From: Methanobacteriota archaeon
GTDB taxonomy: Archaea > Thermoplasmatota > Poseidoniia > Poseidoniales > Poseidoniaceae
Length of the DNA stretch: 12,619 bases
Direction: 5' to 3'
NCBI GenBank assembly: GCA_018650165.1
Contig: JABIGM010000011.1
Location: 1 to 12,619, forward strand
The notes beneath the pieces are model-generated. The model was not told where the DNA came from, did no database searches, and was given only the letters and a program-made list of their open reading frames with translations. A program made the position numbers and the translations under genes. Below, piece by piece: positions 7,422 to 12,619 of the stretch. How positions within the stretch are numbered: the first letter of the stretch is position 1; each line of letters opens with the position of its first letter.

Positions 7422-7859
7422 TCATCCTCCGATTATTTCTCGAACTAATTCGAGATGCCTTTCGAAAGATAATCCAAGTTCGCCTCTTTTTCGAGCCAAT
7501 AATTCAACCTCAGAGGGGTCTAAAATATCATCAACCCAAACGGTTTCTAGCAGAAGTTTGTAGGTTGCTTCAGCACGATTAGTTGGCTCAGAGGTTGAAC
7601 TTTCAAGGGCAGGAACATCATCATCATCAAACGATATAGCCATCTCTTGGAATGAGTCATCTTCATCATCAGTGAACGCTGAAAGCAGGTCATCATCATC
7701 TTCGAAAGCCGAAAGCGCATCACCGTCATCATCTTCGAAAGCGGCCAGTGCATCATCTGAACTACTTTCAGGCTTACTTGAGGTAACTTGTAACTCAGCA
7801 AATGGGTCGATGTCATCCTCGTCATCCTCTGATGGGGCAGTTGTATCAAACGGGAACAT
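7422..7859 (-). CDS. Highly acidic low-complexity protein with a C-terminal half-TerB-like helical module
   Basis: ATG 7859 is preceded by SD AGGTGA at 5 nt (in-frame GTG 7868 is an alternative start). The N-terminal two-thirds are D/E-rich; the C-terminus is YKLLLETVWVDDILDPSEVELLARKRGELGLSFERHLELV. Confidence 0.82.
   Translation of the reverse strand: MFPFDTTAPSEDDEDDIDPFAELQVTSSKPESSSDDALAAFEDDDGDALSAFEDDDDLLSAFTDDEDDSFQEMAISFDDDDVPALESSTSEPTNRAEATYKLLLETVWVDDILDPSEVELLARKRGELGLSFERHLELVREIIGG
7656..7757 (-). repeat. Three imperfect tandem coding repeats D-x-L-[AS]-A-F-[ET]-D-D-[DE]
   Basis: DDALAAFEDDD / GDALSAFEDDD / DLLSAFTDDEDD. The nucleotide core GCTTTCGAAGATGATGA is repeated on the minus strand. 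Confidence 0.8.
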
Positions 7860-7895
7860 TCTATTCACCTAAATACCCGAAAACAACTCAACTAA

Positions 7896-7901
7896 TTGAA
7901 A
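7896..7901 (-). promoter_or_regulatory. Candidate TATA-like box (TTTCAA) for the two-gene acidic/TerB-like operon
   Basis: 27 nt upstream of GTG 7868. The predicted transcription start would lie just before the AGGTGA SD. Confidence 0.4.
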
Positions 7902-7973
7902 CCATGTATTGATGCATCTATGGTCAAAGCCATTTACCATGAATCTCTAATGCCAGTTCAAGGTAGAAGTGCT

Positions 7974-8930
7974 ATGTTGGGGCGTGAGGTCTGGGGGTGG
8001 AGAGTACTTGCGGCGATGCTAGTCTTGCTGTTAGTGCCGACAATTGCCCAATTAGACACACTTGAAAACGGATGGCGTGAATCGATTAGCCCACCTGCCG
8101 AGGATGGAGAACCCCAAGTAGGTGATGATTCGAATTACTCATCGAATGATGAGGAGATAATTGCAGATGAACCTGAAGCAGATGAAGACGGGGATACTGC
8201 AGGCTCTCAAGAATCAGATGATGCACCATATTCTGAAAAATCATTAGTTGATTCGGAAGATTCTATGGAAGAAGGACTTGAAGGAAATACTAGTCCTGAT
8301 TGGATCTTACCTGCAACACAAGTAATTGTATTGAGTATGATGGCAATTATGGCAGTTGGACTCCTAACCTCAACAGCGGCTGCAATACTGACAAGTGAGG
8401 CTGCAAGATTCTCGATACTGTTAGCACTAGCAGGTCCATTGCTAGCAGTGACTCAGAGAGGGGAAGGGGGAATATTCACCCGTGGGCGAATCCTTGGCTT
8501 CGTTGAAGCGCACCCAGGTATACATTTTTCTGCATTAAGAGATGCTTTAAGTTTAGGTAACGGAGTCACTGCTCACCACATCAACATTTTAGAAAAAGAG
8601 GGACGAATCGTTACATGGAAGGATGGTAAAGTCCGACGTTTTGCTTCTTCGGGCATAGACCAAAAGCGCCTCAAGGAAATTAAAAGCCCAGTTATTGGGA
8701 TGCAAATTGCGATTCTCCAAGTCTTAGCAGATAGTGGTGAATTAGGAATAAAGTCGGGAGAGTTGAGAAGTATTCTCGCAACTAGTCGGCAATTATTATC
8801 ATACCACATGAAGCAATTATCAGAAAGAAAATATGTAACTTCAGTTGGAAAAGGAAGAGCCACCAAATGGTCGCTATTAGAAGAAGGTCAGAGCCAGTTA
8901 GAAAATTCAACACATCTGACGGATATCTAA
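7974..8930 (+). CDS. Membrane-anchored transcriptional regulator with tandem C-terminal winged HTH domains (COG3398-like); start uncertain (7950/7974/8016)
   Basis: N-terminal hydrophobic signal-like segment (VLAAMLVLLLVPTIA), acidic linker and hydrophobic segment(s) (VIVLSMMAIMAVGLLTSTAAAIL; FSILLALAGPLLAV). These are followed by RGRILGFVEAHPGIHFSALRDALSLGNGVTAHHINILEKEGRI and a second wHTH (QIAILQVL...SRQLLSYHMKQLSERKYV). Confidence 0.85.
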   Translation: MLGREVWGWRVLAAMLVLLLVPTIAQLDTLENGWRESISPPAEDGEPQVGDDSNYSSNDEEIIADEPEADEDGDTAGSQESDDAPYSEKSLVDSEDSMEEGLEGNTSPDWILPATQVIVLSMMAIMAVGLLTSTAAAILTSEAARFSILLALAGPLLAVTQRGEGGIFTRGRILGFVEAHPGIHFSALRDALSLGNGVTAHHINILEKEGRIVTWKDGKVRRFASSGIDQKRLKEIKSPVIGMQIAILQVLADSGELGIKSGELRSILATSRQLLSYHMKQLSERKYVTSVGKGRATKWSLLEEGQSQLENSTHLTDI

Positions 8931-8938
8931 GGATTAAC

Positions 8939-8944
8939 CTTGAA
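8939..8944 (+). promoter_or_regulatory. Candidate TATA-like box (CTTGAA) for the Reeler-like gene
   Basis: 24 nt before GTG 8969 in a 38-bp intergenic gap that has no SD. Confidence 0.5.
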
Positions 8945-8968
8945 GATGAGCGCCTTGTCGCATGAACC

Positions 8969-9556
8969 GTGAGGAGAATAATCGCGATACTATTCATGCT
9001 TTCATTGCTAGGCCAAATCGAGGCCTTGCCCTCTGGAATAGATAGTAGAGCAAATGATGGTTGTGTGTGTCACGGCGGTTCGGATGAAAGTACAGTAGTA
9101 ACACTATCGGGCTTGCCAACTCAATACAACGCTTCACAAGAATATAATGTGACCTTGACAATAAACTCTCCAGTTGAAACGAATGATGTTCAAGGTGGAT
9201 TTAGAATTATTATTTCACATGGTGAACTAGTTGGAGATGGATGGCAACAACTCGATAATGGGTACACTCACACTTCAGATATCAATGATAGAAGAGAGTG
9301 GAATGCAGTCTGGACCGCCCCTATTGCGGATGACGAGTTAGCAACCTTTGTCATTCATGGCAATGCAGTAAATGGTGATCAATCTCCAACCAATGATGAA
9401 TGGAATTCACAATCCCTCGCAGTACCTGGTCCAGAATATACTGGAGATACGTCTGCCCCTGAGATAAATCATTCATTGACAAATACTGAAATGACAATAG
9501 GCGGTCTTGCTGTTTTACTGATTGCTGGTTTAGCAATAGTAGCAGTAAGAGATTAG
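8969..9556 (+). CDS. Secreted, C-terminally anchored Reeler / choice-of-anchor-V-like protein with a CxCH motif
   Basis: Signal peptide MRRIIAILFMLSLLGQIEA, then GCVCHG, YNVTLTI, GGF, YTHT, WNAVWTAP and GNAVNGDQSPTND. C-terminal TM helix IGGLAVLLIAGLAIVAV. Confidence 0.78.
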   Translation: MRRIIAILFMLSLLGQIEALPSGIDSRANDGCVCHGGSDESTVVTLSGLPTQYNASQEYNVTLTINSPVETNDVQGGFRIIISHGELVGDGWQQLDNGYTHTSDINDRREWNAVWTAPIADDELATFVIHGNAVNGDQSPTNDEWNSQSLAVPGPEYTGDTSAPEINHSLTNTEMTIGGLAVLLIAGLAIVAVRD

Positions 9557-10686
9557 TTTACAAATTCGATGTTTCGTGATTTTAGAGCACGCAATTGGCG
9601 ATTCTCACTAGCGCCATGAATCTGTTCGGACCTAACTCCAGTCAGGACTAGCATAACGCGAATATCATCGCCAAGAGATTCATCTACAGCTGCACCCCAA
9701 ATGATACGAGCATTATCAGAAACTCTACTTTGGATAATCTTTGCACATTTCTCTGCTTCACCAAGGGTTAGACTCGACCCACCAACCACGTTGATTAGTG
9801 CGCCGCGAGCATCCGATACATCGATGTCGAGTAAAGGAGAATGTAGCGCTTCAAGTGTTGCAGCCTCTGCTCTTCCAGGCCCACTAGCAGCACCTAATCC
9901 AATCATTGCAACTCCGGAGCCTGAATTTATTACAGCCTTGAGGTCTTCAAAGTCGAGGTTAACCATTCCATCGGTTGTGAGTAGTTCTGTAACTCCAGTA
10001 ATAGCGCGAACCAATAATTCGTCACCCACGCGGAATGCACTAGCCAATGGTAAATCACGAACGCCCTCAATTTCCAATAATCTTTCATTTGGAATAACTA
10101 AGATTGTATCACAATGTTCTCGCAATCTCTCAAGTCCCCACTCGGCGTTTTGCTTTCGCAGAGTACCTTCTGAATCGAATGGGTAAGTGACTACAGCCAC
10201 AGTAAGAGCGCCTTGCTCTTTAGCAAGTCTAGCAATATGTCCAGCTGCTCCAGTTCCAGAACCGCCCCCCATTCCTGCAGTAATGATTGCAAGTTGAGTA
10301 TCCTCTGTAATTCTTCGAAGACTGTTTTCACTTTCGAGTGCAGCAGATTCTCCCTTGGTCGGGTCTCCTCCAGCTCCCCGTCCACGTGCAGTTCTTCCAA
10401 TCAGAACCTTGTTTTCGAGTGGACTCATTAGCAATGCTTGTGCGTCTGTATTGATCGCATGACCTGTGACATAGCGATTCTCAAAGAGTCCCTCTTCATG
10501 TAAACGACTGACTGCATTGCAACCAGCGCCTCCAGCACCATAGACTCTGATTCTTGGTTGAAGTGATTCTAACAAACTACGCAATTCCGCATCGTTAGCA
10601 TCCATATCTTCGACACTTGTTGGTCTAATTGAAGGTCCTTCTTCCTCTTCGGCTAGCTCAAGAACTCGCTCGATAAGATGTCGCAT
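9553..10686 (-). CDS. ftsZ: Cell division GTPase FtsZ (archaeal, FtsZ1-like by tail motifs)
   Basis: GAGGAGCNAV, INTDAQAL, GRGAGGDP, tubulin signature variant GMGGGSGTG, PFDSEG and T7 loop NLDFED. C-terminus is NIEFVN. Confidence 0.96.
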   Translation of the reverse strand: MRHLIERVLELAEEEEGPSIRPTSVEDMDANDAELRSLLESLQPRIRVYGAGGAGCNAVSRLHEEGLFENRYVTGHAINTDAQALLMSPLENKVLIGRTARGRGAGGDPTKGESAALESENSLRRITEDTQLAIITAGMGGGSGTGAAGHIARLAKEQGALTVAVVTYPFDSEGTLRKQNAEWGLERLREHCDTILVIPNERLLEIEGVRDLPLASAFRVGDELLVRAITGVTELLTTDGMVNLDFEDLKAVINSGSGVAMIGLGAASGPGRAEAATLEALHSPLLDIDVSDARGALINVVGGSSLTLGEAEKCAKIIQSRVSDNARIIWGAAVDESLGDDIRVMLVLTGVRSEQIHGASENRQLRALKSRNIEFVN

Positions 10687-10712
10687 GAGGAATCATCCTG
10701 TTTCCACCTACC

Positions 10713-10718
10713 TTGAAG
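10713..10718 (-). promoter_or_regulatory. Candidate TATA-like box (CTTCAA) for ftsZ
   Basis: 26 nt upstream of ATG 10686, embedded in the pseudo-palindrome ACCTT-G-AAGGT (10710-10720). Confidence 0.5.
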
Positions 10719-10725
10719 GTGCCGC

Positions 10726-10740
10726 CACCCCATAGGGGTG
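10726..10740. promoter_or_regulatory. Intergenic inverted repeat CACCCC-ATA-GGGGTG between the radA stop and the ftsZ promoter
   Basis: Perfect 6-bp arms, the same motif as at 1258-1274. Function (hairpin/terminator or operator) is unknown. Confidence 0.55.
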
Positions 10741-10764
10741 AGGAGACGATTGTCAAACCCTACC

Positions 10765-11787
10765 TCAGTCGCGGAGTCCTTCTTCACAGACCTGGTATAC
10801 ACATTCACCATCTGGAAGGTTCGGAGAGTCGACTAGGCGAGCGATTCTGCGTCCACCCTTTGCTTTGCGCAGATATAGTCTGAATGTTGATGCGTGGGCA
10901 AGAACGTGGCCACCAATTGGTTTGGTTGGGTCCCCCCACATTGCATCAGGCTTACTCATTACCTGATTTGTAACAAGGACGAGAGCATTGTTGACATCAG
11001 CTAATTGCTTGAGGTCTTTTAGGTGCCTGTTGAGTTTCTGTTGACGGTTAGCAAGCATACCACGGCCAACGAATTCAGCACGGAAGTGGCTTGTTAGAGA
11101 ATCAACGATAATCATCTTGACATTGATACCTCTGCTCATTCGCTTAATCTCTTCAGCCAGAAGCATTTGATGAGCGGAGTTGTATGCACGTGCAACGTGT
11201 ATTCTTTCAAGAACTGCTTCAGGGTCTAGGCCGTGACCGCGAGCCATTTGGGTGATCCTCTCTGGACGGAATGTATCTTCAGTATCGATGTAAAAGACAT
11301 CGCCATCAAATCCACCCTGGTCTACCGGCATGGTGCAGTTAACTGCTAATTGATGCCCAATTTGGGTCTTACCTGAACCGAATTCTCCGTATACTTCAAC
11401 TAGGGATTGTGTTTCAAATCCACCTGCTAGTAAATCATCAATCGATTGTACCATGCTGGATAGTTTCTGAACTTCACGCCTGCGCTCTAGTAGAGCAGAA
11501 CCTGACACGAAGCCACCAATGTTTGCCATTTTCTTTGCTGCTTGGATAATTTTTCCTGCTACTGCCTCACCAAGTTCGGCTTGTTCTGCAAGGTCACCAG
11601 GGCTCATTACTGCTAATGCGAGTAACTCATCAAAGCCAGCTTCGCGTAACTTCTCAGCGGTTGCTGGGCCTACGCCTGGAAGGTCTTCGATGGTCGCTTC
11701 CGGCTCGAGTTGTTCCTCCATTGTGATTACCTCTGTATCAGGGGCTTCTTCTTCTTTCTGTTTGTTCGACTTGGTTTTTGCTGCCAT
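10765..11787 (-). CDS. radA: DNA repair and recombination protein RadA (no intein)
   Basis: N-terminal HhH ([19 protein letters not shown]), Walker [23 protein letters not shown], Walker B IIVDS and [20 protein letters not shown] 11787 (MAAKTK) is preferred because the track's TTG 11817 lies inside the TATA box. Confidence 0.98.
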   Translation of the reverse strand: MAAKTKSNKQKEEEAPDTEVITMEEQLEPEATIEDLPGVGPATAEKLREAGFDELLALAVMSPGDLAEQAELGEAVAGKIIQAAKKMANIGGFVSGSALLERRREVQKLSSMVQSIDDLLAGGFETQSLVEVYGEFGSGKTQIGHQLAVNCTMPVDQGGFDGDVFYIDTEDTFRPERITQMARGHGLDPEAVLERIHVARAYNSAHQMLLAEEIKRMSRGINVKMIIVDSLTSHFRAEFVGRGMLANRQQKLNRHLKDLKQLADVNNALVLVTNQVMSKPDAMWGDPTKPIGGHVLAHASTFRLYLRKAKGGRRIARLVDSPNLPDGECVYQVCEEGLRD

Positions 11788-11809
11788 GAGACGAACTATC
11801 CAGCCTAGG

Positions 11810-11818
11810 TATATCAAG
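11810..11818 (-). promoter_or_regulatory. TATA box (CTTGATATA) of a probably leaderless radA transcript
   Basis: 22 nt upstream of ATG 11787, with no SD in between. Confidence 0.65.
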
Positions 11819-11843
11819 GCAAGAAGGGCTCCTTACCCTTACA

Positions 11844-11922
11844 TGAAAGTGGTATTTATTGAACCCATGCATTACAAATGATACACTGCAAGGTTGCAGT
11901 TCACTTTCACTTTACTTTCACT
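11844..11922. promoter_or_regulatory. Candidate DNA-damage-response cis-element cluster upstream of radA
   Basis: TGAAAGTG (11844-11851) and its inverse CACTTTCA (11902-11909). Tandem TTCACT-TTCACT-TTACT-TTCACT (11900-11922). Palindrome ACTGCAA-GG-TTGCAGT (11885-11900). Confidence 0.45.
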
Positions 11923-12619
11923 CTGGACGAGGGTTAGTTGGGTCTTCAGCGCCTTCTGCATATGCAATGGTAACATCATTGTCGACACTGACATCATCAC
12001 CGTTTTCTGCAACATCTACATTGAGTGTCCAAAATCCTTCAACGATATCTCTTGATGTATAATCCCAAGTTTCGTCTCCACCATCAGCGATAGTTCCCGT
12101 ATTAGAGCCGATTTCCTCATCTGAAGGATTATTTAATGACCAAGTAACATCAGAATTAGCACTACCTGTGAGAAAGTTGCCTTGTGGATTCTCTACCGTT
12201 GAAGAAATTGTAATTCTGTCAGGCATCGGCATACCATCTGAACAATCAGAGGTTACATCAAATGTTTGCGAGGCCGAAGCAGTGTTGGTATCGCTCCAAA
12301 CAATGTGCATGTCAATCTTTACTTTGACCATGATACTATGTGAATTTCCCCCACTATCTTCTGCGGTAAGTGTCACCTCAAATACCCCATGAGTTAACCA
12401 GGTGTAGGAAATTACCGCATCATCCGACGGGTCACCTTCAACCGGGTCTGAGCCGTCATCAGGTTCGATGATTACTTTGGTAATACTTCCATCATCAGAT
12501 GTGGTATCTGCAAAGTCGAATGAGAGTTCAACACCGGTCGTTGGACCTGTTTGGCCATTGTTTTCTGATGTTTCAACCATGCCAGATGTGGATTCATAGT
12601 AGACGATTAAATCGATTGG
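11918..12619 (-). CDS. Acidic PKD/Ig-like domain protein, probably extracellular; 5' end lies outside the window
   Basis: The frame is open to the window edge (PIDLIVYYESTSG precedes the track Met). PKD-like pattern FDFADTTSDDGSI...PDDGS...ISYTWLTHGVFEVTLTAEDSGGNSHS, followed by a further beta-rich domain. Confidence 0.8.
   Translation of the reverse strand, partial: PIDLIVYYESTSGMVETSENNGQTGPTTGVELSFDFADTTSDDGSITKVIIEPDDGSDPVEGDPSDDAVISYTWLTHGVFEVTLTAEDSGGNSHSIMVKVKIDMHIVWSDTNTASASQTFDVTSDCSDGMPMPDRITISSTVENPQGNFLTGSANSDVTWSLNNPSDEEIGSNTGTIADGGDETWDYTSRDIVEGFWTLNVDVAENGDDVSVDNDVTIAYAEGAEDPTNPRPE

Noticed and set aside
7418-7424. Possibility that 7422-7859 and 6371-7417 are one frameshifted gene
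   Set aside because: Fusion would need both stop removal and a frame change, and the downstream gene has its own GGAGG SD and ATG.
7939-7952. Mini-ORF ATG-AAT-CTC-TAA overlapping ATG 7950 (TAATG)
   Set aside because: Three-codon ORFs are expected by chance and the HTH start is unresolved.
7984-7997. Out-of-frame GTG 22 nt after GTTCAA plus a G5 run; one extra G would give MRSGGWRVLAAML... (phase variation or sequencing error?)
   Set aside because: In-frame ATGs (7950, 7974, 8016) explain the gene without a frameshift, and a G5 run is too short to argue for phase variation. Read-level data would be needed.
9062-9070. (TG)n microsatellite encoding Cys-Val-Cys
   Set aside because: Only about 4 units and fully explained by the codons; no evidence for slippage.
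10707-10765. 7-bp direct repeat CCTACCT flanking the ftsZ-radA palindrome (possible target-site duplication of a MITE)
   Set aside because: There are no terminal inverted repeats, the enclosed 45 bp contains the likely ftsZ TATA box, and one copy overlaps the radA stop codon.
11788-11817. Track N-terminal extension of RadA ([10 protein letters not shown])
   Set aside because: The TTG lies within the TATA box. ATG 11787 fits leaderless spacing and gives a normal RadA N-terminus.
480-12392. Numerous short antisense or alternative-frame ORFs in the track (e.g. 6420-6770, 9701-10186, 11519-11881, 1235-1624, 3779-4213)
   Set aside because: They are shadows of well-supported genes, with no recognisable motifs or independent start signals.
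1-12619. tRNA/rRNA genes, CRISPR arrays, transposases/integrases and an intein in RadA
   Set aside because: Intergenic gaps are all about 130 bp or less with no cloverleaf or repeat-spacer pattern, no mobile-element ORF is present, and RadA is contiguous and of normal length.

Overview
A compact, gene-dense archaeal chromosomal window. It carries archaeal radA and ftsZ, GGTGA-type Shine-Dalgarno sites and TATA-like leaderless promoters. Gene content and style suggest Marine Group II / Ca. Poseidoniales (inference). Twelve CDSs in order: partial MmpL/RND transporter (+), His-rich 4-TM DUF4079/cytochrome b561-like protein (-), ~1126-aa alpha-helical protein with an intact C-terminal PIN nuclease domain (+), NADP-isocitrate dehydrogenase (-), OsmC/YhfA protein (+), a two-gene operon of unknowns (-), membrane-anchored double wHTH regulator (+), Reeler-like CxCH surface protein (+), ftsZ (-), radA (-) and a partial PKD-like secreted protein (-). 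No rRNA, tRNA, CRISPR or mobile element is visible. Most notable: (1) the solenoid+PIN protein, which has an SMG5/6-like architecture, an SD-occluding hairpin and a possible coupled uORF; (2) the two-gene operon, whose proteins each carry one copy of the same half-TerB-like module at their facing ends; (3) the radA upstream region with CACTTTCA repeats resembling the haloarchaeal UV-response motif; (4) a recurring non-canonical NTTSAW TATA-like box 23-27 nt before start codons; (5) a CACCCC-N3-GGGGTG palindrome found twice, both times outside annotated genes. All family calls are from motif recognition by eye; no database searches were run.
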